A stretch of DNA of 64,000 nucleotides, from positions 61,939 to 125,938 of the forward strand of contig JAUCBJ010001992.1 of NCBI GenBank assembly GCA_032718475.1, read 5' to 3'. The DNA comes from Nemertoderma westbladi. Lineage: Eukaryota; Animalia; Xenacoelomorpha. Under the pieces are notes generated by a model. It did not search any database and had not been told where the DNA came from. It was given only the letters and a program-made list of their open reading frames with translations. Positions 36,390 to 49,104 of the stretch are shown piece by piece. A program made the position numbers and the translations under genes. Each line of letters begins with the position of its first letter. Position 1 is the stretch's first letter.

Positions 36390-38139
36390 AATTGTACAGC
36401 GGTTCTGAAGCTTTACACAATAATAAATATTAGCTGAAATGTAAAAGTATCGATTGAGATTAAGAGCCAAGAGCGCGTGTGAAAAATATACTACAGTATA
36501 ATTTTAAGATCAATAATAAATTAGTTAAGATCAATTTTAAACCAAATAATATTACTTAAAATACAAATAAATTAATTTACTGTGAAGAGAAAAAAAACAC
36601 CGTAAAAGCAATAATATTATAAGATGCAATAAACTGTACAGTAGGGGGGGAGGGTAAGGGGGCATTTATTTGGATTGCGACACAGTAGTGCCTGTAGGAG
36701 CCACACCAACATCAAGGACATATGCCAGTGATGTCACTGTTGACCCGAATATCGACTTATAATAGTTCAAGGGCTGGAAATTATTAATCTTGAAACTGAG
36801 ATTTATATTATAAATTAAAATGAATAAAACCGAATATAAAACCAACAGATAACAAAACCAGGGAGGATTAATTAAGAGTCTCTTAAGTAATGATATTAGA
36901 TACCGGTAGGCAGATAGCTGGATAGAGAATGAATGGATCTATACTGGCCAATCGGCTGGCAGGAACAACTAAACAGCAATAATCAGTGTGTGGTGGGAAT
37001 TTCAATTTGTATTGCTTGTAACATGTGGGACTGGACATACAGACGGATAAATACGTACCGGTACATGTACAGATACCTGGATGTAGGCTATGTCTGTATG
37101 TTGTTGTTGTATGTCTTGATGATAGATGAATGAGTGATCAGAGGTTCAGAGCACTTCACTTTCAATTTGTAGTCTACGGCGGACTTTGACTCTTCCACTG
37201 GCAACTGGACCGGACCGGACTTGTCCATTAGATATTGATAATATAATTTGGATACACAAGCCAAACGTATACAGGACTGTAGGAAACAGCAAATACTGAC
37301 TGACTGAAATATGTCCATAAATGCTGAAATGTCTGAACTGAATACTAGAATGTAGGCTGCCGCCTCCTACCGGCTACCGGTTGCCGGTGCCGGCAGACCA
37401 GTGCGGTGTGCTACTGTCAGACAGTCAGACTGTAGTTAGTTAGTGGATTGTAGGCCATAGGTATACAGGTATAGGCCATTCCTCATTCTTCATTCATAAC
37501 CTATGCCATTCAGCCTGTCAGCCAGTGTGCATCTTCTGATCTTGGCAGTCTGGTGCCTGTCTGTCTGTATTACTGTATTAGTTGTATAGGCTGATAGGCC
37601 TATCAAGTATATCTGTATATCACTGTATCAGTATATGCTCTGATGATTCCAGATTATATCATTTAATAATATTAATTTATTTAATTTAATAAATAACACT
37701 GGCACACTACTTGTGCAGGTACAGCTGGGCATGCAGTACTCCACTACGGACTTTATGTGTCCGGGCAATCAGGTACCGGTACGGGTAGTAGTACACAGAC
37801 GCACACGAGCCGTGCAAGTTAGTTGCTAGGCAGCTAGGCCTGGCACCTGGTAAACTCATTTCTTCTTCTGACTTCAGTTTAGTTGTACCGGTACGCGTAC
37901 GGTAAAAATAGGCCTAATTCACGCATAGGCCGACCGCGTAATTTGGGAATATATTTTCCCAAAACACTTTTCTCACTAACACACTACTGTTGACCGTCTG
38001 ATAAATCACCTAGGCTTAATACTAAATCATACATAGCTCGATTGGCATAACTGCACGGGAGGATTATAGTAAGATAGGATAGGCTAGGGCAGGGCCGCTT
38101 GGCCGAGAAACATACCGGTCCGGTATATCAATATCAACT

Positions 38140-39359
38140 ATGGAATCTTCTGAACTGGATACTATTGGGTCTCATTTGGGAATTCCGGTTGAATTCTTAA
38201 GACCAATCGACGGTCCCAACGTCGTTCTCTGCGAGTTTGTTCCCGCCTTTATGGAGTTTATCCACAACGAACTGTGCAAAGTTATATCGAATTCAGATGG
38301 CCGCGTTCCAGTTGGAACACCGGCGTCGGTTAAAAAGTTAAAGGAAAAGAGAACAACGCACGGAAGGAAGAGCGAACGACACGTTCCGAAATCCAGAGTT
38401 CAACTGTTCCCGGACCAAGAATTAGCGAAAGAGAAGGGGGGCGGACTGAATGTAAAAGGGAGCGGGGTGAATGCCAAGGGCATCCAGCAGAAACGGTCGG
38501 AAGATACAACAGTCGTTGGGTTGGGGGGGCAGGCGGGCGATCATCGCACAGCGTCGCAGAATATCGGAATTACTGAATCATTTAAAAAATCTTTAGATAT
38601 AAAGTCCACCCAGGAATTCCCGTCGGTTTCCCATGCGAGATCTCCGGGACTGGAGTCCAGTCCGTCTGAGTATCCCAGTAGAACACAGCGGAGCGGCCAG
38701 AAAGGCCGGCGCTCGGGCGGGAAGTCGGGAAAAAAGCGGGCCTCCTTCATCAGTCTGGATGAGTTTAAAAATCGTAGTGAGAATCGGGATCAGCAATCTG
38801 TGATCGCGTTGACGCCTGTTGTTAATTCGATAACTGCTCTCGATAAACGCGTTGATAAACTTGTTAAATCTATCGGGGAAAGGGCCACAGATTCGAGAGG
38901 GTTCACGGCTCAGTCTTCCCTAACTGAGAGGGGCAATGATGATGCTTTTATCAAGTTAACTTCCAGGCTGAGCAATAAAACTGAAGCTGTTCAACCCAGT
39001 AAGGGTACTGCCTCTCGGAGAGTTGCAATAACTTCCGCACCTCGACCCGCCTCTATTCCAATCTCCTCCCCTATAGCCTCCCAGACTGGGGTTCCCTCAC
39101 TCGACGAGAATCGTCCTACGGGAGACCTACAACCTTCTCCCGAATTAGTTACATTTCGCGCTGAACTGGAACTTTTATCGTCGATATATTCTCATATAAT
39201 TCGATTTAATTTGGTTCCTAATGTAACCGAGGAAGTTTTATTTCTAATAGAATTGGTAATATCGACATTGGAGACGCCGCCTAAGGAACTTTCCAGAATT
39301 TTCCCAACTGTCCACAATGTTTTCTTCTTTGTAACAACAATATTGGATAATATTTACAC
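38140..39359 (+). CDS. CDAN1: Codanin-1, coding exon 1
   Basis: EFVPAFMEFI and LELLSSIYSHIIRFNLVPNVTEEVLFLIEL resemble codanin-1; donor ac|gtgagt, phase 2. Confidence 0.85.
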
Positions 39360-39767
39360 GTGAGTTAATAGCTTATTGCCTAATTTCCTTACTGTATTTA
39401 CAATTAGTTGAATATAGTAGCATAACTTGAGTTAAATTCCTCAAAAATAATTATGTTTAAGGTCAACATCGGTGATCTATAATATTGAATTCTGAATCTT
39501 ATAATTAATTCAGCGATGTATCGACTTATTAATATACCAATCAATGTGAAGATAAAACTATACTGATACAATTTATGAGAATCCTTATAGCTGTAACGTT
39601 TGTGAATCTCCTTTATAATGTATTAATTATTACAGCGAAGTGATGAAAGTCAACCCACTACTAATAAGCCTCACCGAATGGGCGCCAACATTATTAGTAG
39701 CTGTAAAATAAAGGTTTATATTTATCGTGTTTATCGTTTCATTTAATTTCTTCTCTATTACTTTCAG

Positions 39768-39965
39768 CCACTTATTGCTGTTGCACCCGAGTATCATCAG
39801 CAGCCTAACGACCCAACCATATCTGAGTCGGTTTAACCCAAATCTCATTATTAAACTCACCGACCACCTGTACCAACAAGACGTTCTCGATTCTACAGAC
39901 TTATTCGGCGAAATTAATGTTTCCTTGGCCGAAAGCGTTCCGTTTTTGGAGGACGAGAACAGCAG
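39768..39965 (+). CDS. CDAN1: Codanin-1, coding exon 2
   Basis: Acceptor ctttcag, donor ag|gttaga; phase 2-2; ends SVPFLEDENSR (compare VSFQPETDNR). Confidence 0.82.
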
Positions 39966-40049
39966 GTTAGATAAGATTTTGTGAGTTACCCTTCCGCCCT
40001 CAATTTACCTCCTCATGGCCTCCCATTTGTCAATACCATCATCTGCTGC

Positions 40050-40262
40050 CACTGTACTCAACCCTACAGTACTTGGCCGCCTTTAACCACTCGCTACATG
40101 AATTGGTAGTGTGTATTAACCATTAACCATCACGGCCACAATGATTAATCATACACTCTAGCTATTAATTTGGGTAGGACAGTTACACCCATAGAGTGTA
40201 GCCCTATCACTGTAGCGAGTGGCTAAAGACGCCCAAGTACAATAATAGGATTGAGTACAGTG
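40050..40262. mobile_element. MITE with CACTG termini
   Basis: cactgtactcaa...ccactcgctaca versus tgtagcgagtgg...ttgagtacagtg, about 50-bp imperfect TIRs. Confidence 0.75.
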
Positions 40263-40329
40263 CAGTGCCCAACAAAAGTTATAATTCATTTATTTTAACC
40301 GAAATAAATCAACCTCCATTTATTTTAGG

Positions 40330-43300
40330 AGCTGTATTTGCTTGATGGTGTGTAGGTGTATGTGCTTGATGGTGTGTGTAGGTGTATGTGCTTGATGGTG
40401 TGTGTAGCTGTATGTGCTTGATGGTGTGTGTAGGTGTATTTGCTTGATGGTGTGTGTAGGTGTATTTGCTTGATGGTGTGTAGCTGTATGTGCTTGATGG
40501 TGTGTGTAGCTGTATGTGCTTGATGGTGTGTGTAACTGGATTTGCTTGATGGTGTGTGTAGGTGTATGTGCTTGATGGTGTGTGTAGGTGTATGTGCTTG
40601 ATGGTGTGTGTAGCTGTATGTGCTTGATGGTGTGTGTAACTGTATGTGCTTGATGGTGTGTGTAACTGGATTTGCTTGATGGTGTGTGTAGGTGTATGTG
40701 CTTGATGGTGTGTGTAGGTGTATGTGCTTGATGGTGTATGTAGGTGTATGTGCTTGATGGGGTGTGTAGGTGTATGTGCTTGATGGGGTGTGTAGGTGTA
40801 TGTGCTTGATGGTGTGTGTAGGTGTATGTGCTTGATGGTGTATGTAGGTGTATGTGCTTGATGGTGTGTGTAGGTGTATGTGCTTGATGGTGTGTGTAGC
40901 TGTATGTGCTTGATGGTGTGTGTAACTGTATGTGCTTGATGGTGTGTGTAACTGGATTTGCTTGATGGTGTGTGTGGGTGTATGTGCTTGATGGGGTGTG
41001 TAGGTGTATTTGTTTGATGGTGTGTGTAGGTGTATGTGCTTGATGGGGTGTGTGGGTGTATGTGCTTGATGGTGTGTATAGGTGTATGTGTTTGATGGTG
41101 TGTGTAGGTGTATGTGCTTGATGGGGTGTGTAGGTGTATGTGCTTGATGGGGTGTGTGGGTGTATGTGCTTGATGGTGTGTATAGGTGTATGTGTTTGAT
41201 GGTGTGTGTAGGTGTATGTGCTTGATGGTGTGTGTAGCTGTATGTGCTTGATGGTGTGTGTAACTGTATGTGCTTGATGGTGTGTGTAACTGGATTTGCT
41301 TGATGGTGTGTGTGGGTGTATGTGCTTGATGGGGTGTGTAGGTGTATGTGCTTGATGGGGTGTGTAGGTGTATTTGTTTGATGGTGTGTGTAGGTGTATG
41401 TGCTTGATGGGGTGTGTGGGTGTATGTGCTTGATGGTGTATGTAGGTGTATGTGCTTGATGGTGTGTGTAGGTGTATGTGCTTGATGGTGTGTGTAGCTG
41501 TATGTGCTTGATGGTGTGTGTAACTGTATGTGCTTGATGGTGTGTGTAACTGGATTTGCTTGATGGTGTGTGTGGGTGTATGTGCTTGATGGGGTGTGTA
41601 GGTGTATTTGTTTGATGGTGTGTGTAGGTGTATGTGCTTGATGGTGTGTGTGGGTGTATGTGCTTGATGGGGTGTGTAGGTGTATGTGCTTGATGGTGTA
41701 TGTAGGTGTATGTGCTTGATGGGGTGTGTAGGTGTATGTGCTTGATGGTGTGTGTAGCTGTATGTGCTTGATGGTGTGTGTAACTGTATGTGCTTGATGG
41801 TGTGTGTAACTGGATTTGCTTGATGGTGTGTGTGGGTGTATTTGTTTGATGGTGTGTGTAGGTGTATGTGCTTGATGGGGTGTGTAGGTGTATGTGCTTG
41901 ATGGTGTGTGTAGGTGTATGTGCTTGATGGTGTATGTAGGTGTATGTGCTTGATGGTGTGTGTAGGTGTATGTGCTTGATGGTGTGTGTAGCTGTATGTG
42001 CTTGATGGTGTGTGTAACTGTATGTGCTTGATGGTGTGTGTAACTGGATTTGCTTGATGGTGTGTGTAACTGTATGTGCTTGATGGTGTGTGTAACTGGA
42101 TTTGCTTGATGGTGTGTGTGGGTGTATGTGCTTGATGGGGTGTGTAGGTGTATTTGTTTGATGGTGTGTGTAGGTGTATGTGCTTGATGGGGTGTGTGGG
42201 TGTATGTGCTTGATGGTGTGTATAGGTGTATGTGTTTGATGGTGTGTGTAGGTGTATGTGCTTGATGGTGTATGTAGGTGTATGTGCTTGATGGTGTGTG
42301 TAGGTGTATGTGCTTGATGGTGTGTGTAGCTGTATGTGCTTGATGGTGTGTGTAACTGTATGTGCTTGATGGTGTGTGTAACTGGATTTGCTTGATGGTG
42401 TGTGTGGGTGTATGTGCTTGATGGGGTGTGTAGGTGTATTTGTTTGATGGTGTGTGTAGGTGTATGTGCTTGATGGTGTGTGTAGGTGTATGTGCTTGAT
42501 GGTGTATGTAGGTGTATGTGCTTGATGGGGTGTGTAGGTGTATGTGCTTGATGGGGTGTGTAGGTGTATGTGCTTGATGGTGTGTGTAGGTGTATGTGCT
42601 TGATGGTGTATGTAGGTGTATGTGCTTGATGGTGTGTGTAGGTGTATGTGCTTGATGGTGTGTGTAGCTGTATGTGCTTGATGGTGTGTGTAACTGTATG
42701 TGCTTGATGGTGTGTGTAACTGGATTTGCTTGATGGTGTGTGTGGGTGTATGTGCTTGATGGGGTGTGTAGGTGTATGTGCTTGATGGGGTGTGTAGGTG
42801 TATGTGCTTGATGGTGTGTGTAGGTGTATGTGCTTGATGGTGTATGTAGGTGTATGTGCTTGATGGTGTGTGTAGGTGTATGTGCTTGATGGTGTGTGTA
42901 GCTGTATGTGCTTGATGGTGTGTGTAACTGTATGTGCTTGATGGTGTGTGTAACTGGATTTGCTTGATGGTGTGTGTAGCTGTATGTGCTTGATGGTGTG
43001 TGTAACTGTATGTGCTTGATGGTGTGTGTAACTGGATTTGCTTGATGGTGTGTGTAGGTGTATGTGCTTGATGGTGTATGTAGGTGTATGTGCTTGATGG
43101 GGTGTGTAGGTGTATGTGCTTGATGGGGTGTGTAGGTGTATGTGCTTGATGGTGTGTGTAGGTGTATGTGCTTGATGGTGTATGTAGCTGCATGTGCTTG
43201 ATGGTGTGTGTAGCTGTATGTGCTTGATGGTGTGTGTAACTGTATGTGCTTGATGGTGTGTGTAACTGGATTTGCTTGATGGTGTGTGTAGGTGTATGTG

Positions 43301-45478
43301 CTTGATGGTGTATGTAGGTGTATGTGCTTGATGGGGTGTGTAGGTGTATGTGCTTGATGGGGTGTGTAGGTGTATGTGCTTGATGGTGTGTGTAGGTGTA
43401 TTTGCTTGATGGTGTGTGTAGGTGTATGTGCTTGGTGGTGTGTGTAGCTGTATGTGCTTGATGGTGTGTGTAGGTGTATTTGCTTGATGGTGTGTGTAGG
43501 TGTATTTGCTTGATGGTGTGTAGCTGTATGTGCTTGATGGTGTGTGTAGCTGTATGTGCTTGATGGTGTGTGTAACTGTATGTGCTTGATGGTGTGTGTA
43601 ACTGGATTTGCTTGATGGTGTGTGTAGGTGTATGTGCTTGATGGTGTGTGTAGGTGTATGTGCTTGATGGTGTATGTAGGTGTATGTGCTTGATGGGGTG
43701 TGTAGGTGTATGTGCTTGATGGTGTGTGTAGGTGTATGTGCTTGATGGGGTGTGTAGGTGTATGTGCTTGATGGTGTGTGTAGGTGTATGTGCCTGATGG
43801 TGTATGTAGGTGTATGTGCTTGATGGTGTGTGTAGCTGTATGTGCTTGATGGTGTGTGTAACTGTATGTGCTTGATGGTGTGTGTAACTGGATTTGCTTG
43901 ATGGTGTGTGTAGGTGTATGTGCTTGATGGTGTATGTAGGTGTATGTGCTTGATGGGGTGTGTAGGTGTATGTGCTTGATGGGGTGTGTAGGTGTATGTG
44001 CTTGATGGTGTGTGTAGCTGTATGTGCTTGATGGTGTGTGTAGCTGTATGTGCTTGATGGTGTGTGTAACTGTATGTGCTTGATGGTGTGTGTAACTGGA
44101 TTTGCTTGATGGTGTGTGTAGGTGTATGTGCTTGATGGTGTGTGTAGGTGTATGTGCTTGATGGTGTGTGTAGGTGTATGTGCTTGATGGGGTGTGTATG
44201 TGTATGTGCTGGGGGGTGTGTGTAGCTGTATGTGCTTGATGGTGTGTGTAACTGTATGTGCTTGATGGTGTGTGTGTAGGTGTATGTGCTGGGGGGTGTG
44301 TGTAGGTGTATGTGCTTGATGGTGTATGTAGGTGTATGTGCTTGATGGGGTGTGTAGGTGTATGTGCTTGATGGGGTGTGTAGGTGTATGTGCTTGATGG
44401 TGTGTGTAGGTGTATGTGCTTGATGGTGTATGTAGGTGTATGTGCTTGATGGTGTGTAGGTGTATGTGCTTGATGGGGTGTGTAGGTGTATGTGCTTGAT
44501 GGTGTGTGTAGGTGTATGTGCTTGATGGTGTATGTAGGTGTATGTGCTTGATGGGGTGTGTAGGTGTATGTGCTTGATGGTGTGTGTAGGTGTATGTGCT
44601 TGATGGTGTATGTAGGTGTATGTGCTTGATGGTGTGTGTAGGTGTATGTGCTTGATGGTGTATGTAGGTGTATGTGCTTGATGGTGTGTAGGTGTATGTG
44701 CTTGATGGTGTGTAGGTGTATGTGCTTGATGGGGTGTGTAGGTGTATGTGCTTGATGGGGTGTGTAGGTGTATGTGCTTGATGGGGTGTGTAGGTTTATG
44801 TGCTTGATGGTGTGTGTAGGTGTATGTGCTTGATGGTGTGTGTGTAGGTGTATATGTGCTTGATGGTGTGTGTAGGTGTATGTGCTTCATGGTGTATGTA
44901 GGTGTATGTGCTTGATGGGGTGTGTAGGTGTATGTGCTTGATGGGGTGTGTAGGTGTATGTGCGTGATGGTGTGTGTAGGTGTATGTGCTTGATGGTGTG
45001 TGTAGGTGTATTTGCTTGATGGTGTGTGTAGCTGTATGTGCTTGTGGGTGTGTGTAGGTGTATTTGCTTGATGGTGTGTGTAGGTGTATGTGCTTGATGG
45101 TGTGTGTAGGTGTATTTGCTTGATGGTGTGTGTAGCTGTATGTGCTTGATGGTGTGTGTAGCTGTATGTGCTTGATGGTGTGTGTAACTGTATTTGCTTG
45201 ATGGTGTGTGTAGGTGTATTTGCTTGATGGTGTGTGTAGGTGTAAGTGCTTGATGGTGTGTGTAGCTGTATGTGCTTGATGGTGTGTGTGGGTGTATGTG
45301 CTTGATGGGGTGTGTAGGTGTATTTGTTTGATGGTGTGTGTAGGTGTATGTGCTTGATGGGGTGTGTGGGTGTATGTGCTTGATGGTGTGTATAGGTGTA
45401 TGTGTTTGATGGTGTGTGTAGGTGTATGTGCTTGATGGGGTGTGTAGGTGTATGTGCTTGATGGGGTGTGTAGGTGTT
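40330..45478. repeat. 26-bp GT-rich satellite, about 200 copies, in CDAN1 intron 2
   Basis: Unit gtgtgtgtaggtgtatgtgcttgatg with ordered variants (gctg, actg, actggattt). Confidence 0.97.
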
Positions 45479-45658
45479 TGTTGTTTATATGATTGATTTC
45501 TCAAGCAAAGCGTAAAAATTTATTTATTGTATTTATTTGGAAAAGTGACGGAATCATGAGATTTGTTTTATACTGAATGAAATTATATTGAAATTGTTGT
45601 TTGACAGAGCGATGTATTCTATTATTATGCAGAAAGTCTTCTTTGGTTCTATTTTTAG

Positions 45659-45857
45659 ATCGACGTTCCTCTCAGAACAATTGTTTCGGTCGTTCCGAAA
45701 GGAACGCGATTTATTTTACTCCATCTTGCGGGACTACCGGGAATCCTTTAGTCTGTCTGACGTTCTCTCCAGACGCGTTTGGGGTCTGGTCAACCGGACC
45801 ATAGAACCAGGGAACTTTTTACATTTTACTCGACTCTTTGTTGCCCAACTTATTAAG
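45659..45857 (+). CDS. CDAN1: Codanin-1, coding exon 3
   Basis: Acceptor atttttag, donor aag|gttagt; phase 2-0. FRSFRKERDLFYSILRDY and FTRLFVAQL match codanin-1 FKKQRDVFYEVLREW and FARLFQKQL. Confidence 0.9.
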
Positions 45858-46334
45858 GTTAGTTATTGTCGCATCGATTGAAGGCCATCAAGCAGAGAAA
45901 GGAACGTAGGATGTTATTAATCATTGTCATTATTTTTAGCTGCAGCTGCACCATCCAACTACGGTTATAACTCAGTTCCAAGTTGAACGGTGGGATAGAA
46001 AGTCCGAATAGATTAAGGGAATTGAGTGACAGTGACACGTTATTCTAACCAAAACAATAAACGAGAGTCAATAATCTAGGTTACACTGAAATTCGGACAT
46101 TCGACCCATTCGGACCGTCGACCCATTCGGGCCGTCGACCCAATACATATTATAAGACAATAGTCGCAGTCGCACTTTATAATGACTGACTGACTCTTCC
46201 TTAGACTGACTTCACGAGAATATGTCATCGATTTGATTGAGTGATTAGATTAATGATAGTTCATTAGACTTCGTGGCAAAGTTTACGAGCGTCGATGTTT
46301 GTGAGTTGTTACTTTCTTCAACTTCGGTTTGGAA

Positions 46335-46602
46335 TTTGGATCCGTTTCTAAGGAGATCCGATTTGGGATCCGTTGCTAAGGAGATCCGATTTGGGATCCG
46401 TTGCTAAGGAGATCCGATTTTGGATCCGTTTCTAAGAAGATCCGATTTGGGATCCGTTACTAAGGAGATCCGATTTTGGATACGTTTTTAAGGATATCCT
46501 CTTTGGATCCGTTTTAAGGAGATCCGTTTTGGATCCTTTTTAAGGAGATCCGTTTTGGATCCGTTTTAAGGAGATCCGTTTTCGATCCGTTTTAAGGAGA
46601 TT
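46335..46602. repeat. 24-27 bp minisatellite just upstream of CDAN1 exon 4
   Basis: tttgggatccgttgctaaggagatccga grading into ttttggatccgttttaaggagatccg. Confidence 0.88.
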
Positions 46603-46627
46603 TCTCGCCTTTTATTTTATTTTTTAG

Positions 46628-46839
46628 TCATCGCTCTCTGATTCATCTAACACATCGACTACAGCGCCATCTAGTGTCCAACATTCGTTACCTTGTGTAT
46701 CAGAGGGTAAGCTGCGTAAACTCGAACAGCGATTGGTTGGACCTTCACATTCTACTGCTCACGGATTGGCTGACGATAACGAGACTCAATTCCCTGGAAT
46801 TCAAGGATTCTTTCACCTTTTTATCGTGAAGGCGAACAG
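46628..46839 (+). CDS. CDAN1: Codanin-1, coding exon 4 (not in the ORF track)
   Basis: Acceptor tttttttag, donor ag|gtgagg; 212 nt, phase 0-2. KLRKLEQRL...QFPGIQGFFHLFI matches RL..LQERL...FPGCQGFFRDFI. Confidence 0.88.
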
Positions 46840-47119
46840 GTGAGGCTTATCTTTAGGGCCAGTGGTTGCGGATGTTATTAGTAAGAACTATTTTTTCTAA
46901 TGGAATGCTGAATAAAGATTAGCATTCTGTGCTGCAGTGACGTGTTTCTCCCCTGTTGTTGTTGTAACGCAACGAATTTATTTACTTGAGTAGGAGTAAC
47001 TTGTAAATCAGTATTATAATCCTTGTTGTTTTGAATAGTTAAATATAGTTTTTCTTTGTTTCAGAGGGAGTTTTTTTTTATTATAAATATTTTAAATGAT
47101 TAATATTATTTAATACCCT

Positions 47120-47320
47120 CTCACTCACCTGGGATGCCACGGTCGTTGACCCCCTCGCCCCGAGCTGTTAGGGTCCCCGTCCCGCCTCCACGCCATCACC
47201 CACGATCCCCGATCGCACCAGTTTCTTCTCCAGAGGATTGAGGTCGCCATTGTGATCGGGAATGCCGCCTCCATCATGGCTACAGCTGGTTCGTCATCCC
47301 GGGGACTATTCGACGACTGG
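47120..47320 (+). pseudogene. C-terminal fragment of a restriction-like-endonuclease (CRE-like) non-LTR retrotransposon
   Basis: LTWDATVVDP followed after a frame change by DPRSHQFLLQRIEVAIVIGNAASIMAT, resembling the WDAT and QR.SVA.QRGNAA motifs. Confidence 0.65.
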
Positions 47321-48816
47321 CCCATGTGAAGAATACCAGACTTTCTGCCGTTATATTTCACTTTGCAGCTACCCCCTTGTGAAGAATACCGGACTTTCTA
47401 CCGTTATATTTCACTTTGCAGCTACCCCCTTGTGAAGAATACCAGACTTTCTGCCTTATATTTCACTTTGCAGTTACCCCCTTGTGAAGAATACCAGACT
47501 TTCTGCCTTATATTTCACTTTGCAGTTACCCCCATGTGAAGAATACCGGACTTTCTACCGTTATATTTCACTTTGCAGCTACCCCCTTGTGAAGAATACC
47601 AGACTTTCTGCCATTATATTTCACTTTGCAGTTACCCCCTTGTGAAGAATACCAGACTTTCTGCCGTTATATTTCACTTTGCAGTTACCCCCATGTGAAG
47701 AATACCGGACTTTCTACCGTTATATTTCACTTTGCAGTTACCCCCTTGTGAAGAATACCAGACTTTCTGCCGTTATATTTCACTTTGCAGTTACCCCCAT
47801 GTAAAGAATACCGGACTTTCTACCGTTATATTTCACTTTGCAGTTACCCCCTTGTGAAGAATACCAGACTTTCTGCCGTTATATTTCACTTTGCAGTTAC
47901 CCCCATGTGAAGAATACCGGACTTTCTACCGTTATATTTCACTTTGCAGCTACCCCCTTGTGAAGAATACCAGACTTTCTGCCATTATATTTCACTTTGC
48001 AGTTACCCCCTTGTGAAGAATACCAGACTTTCTGCCGTTATATTTCACTTTGCAGTTACCCCCTTGTGAAGAATACCAGACTTTCTGCCGTTATATTTCA
48101 CTTTGCAGTTACCCCCATGTAAAGAATACCGGACTTTCTACCGTTATATTTCACTTTGCAGTTACCCCCTTGTGAAGAATACCAGACTTTCTGCCGTTAT
48201 ATTTCACTTTGCAGTTACCCCCTTGTGAAGAATACCAGACTTTCTGCCGTTATATTTCACTTTGCAGTTACCCCCATGTAAAGAATACCGGACTTTCTAC
48301 CGTTATATTTCACTTTACAGTTACCCCCTTGTGAAGAATACCAGACTTTCTGCCGTTATATTTCACTTTGCAGTTACCCCCATGTAAAGAATACCGGACT
48401 TTCTACCGTTATATTTCACTTTGCAGTTACCCCCTTGTGAAGAATACCAGACTTTCTGCCGTTATATTTCACTTTGCAGCTACCCCCATGTGAAGAATAC
48501 CGGACTTTCTACCGTTATATTTCACTTTGCAGTTACCCCCTTGTGAAGAACACCAGACTTTCTGCCGTTATATTTCACTTTGCAGTTACCCCCATGTGAA
48601 GAATACCAGATTTTCACCAAAAATAAGGTTACAGAAGGGCTGGATCTAACCAAAACAATAAACAAATTAGTTTATGTACAGATTATAAGACAGAAATAAG
48701 CGCTATAAAACACTTAATAAAGATAAATTAAAAAAAATAAAAAATCTTCATATATAAAATTCCAATAAAAAGTCGACCGAAAAGTGAAATCCTGGTATTC
48801 TTCACATGGATGGGCG
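47320..48816. mobile_element. MITE whose left end is amplified into a 53-bp tandem array (about 24 copies, 47321-48610)
   Basis: Left gcccatgtgaagaataccaga, right cctggtattcttcacatgg; unit gtgaagaataccagactttctgccgttatatttcactttgcagttacccccat. Confidence 0.85.
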
Positions 48817-49104
48817 CGACGACTTGCTGGACTAATTAAATTTAACTAGTGCAATGTTTCTATGTTTGTGTATTCTAGTCGTGCAGTTTATCGATTAACT
48901 TTATTGTCAACATAATATTGTATTACTGAGTTGCGTAGTAGTTTATTAACAGCAGAAAAAAATTAATATTATTAAATATTTTATTTTAATTTAAGTTTTA
49001 AGTGACCAAATAATTCCAATAATTTTAAATTGGATGTGATTTTCTGTTTAGTTTCAGTATTCAGCTCTACTCTACCTACCAATGATTTCGTCCTTGTGTT
49101 TCAG

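Noticed and set aside
40320-45504. His/Thr-rich ORFs of 1521, 957 and 205 aa on the minus strand
   Set aside because: Artefact of a 26-bp unit that lacks stops in all frames; the same peptide appears in overlapping frames, antisense within a CDAN1 intron.
46662-46680. CTCF-like motif cagcgccatctagtgtcca
   Set aside because: Single imperfect match within coding sequence; the organism's CTCF status is unknown.
46016-46795. MITE defined by agggaattgagt / actcaattccct
   Set aside because: The right 12-mer lies inside CDAN1 exon 4 encoding the conserved QFPG and there is no TSD; treated as coincidence.
47125-47361. Minus-strand exon ending ccag|gtgagt
   Set aside because: The plus strand better explains the segment as a retrotransposon RLE fragment; no partner exons were found.
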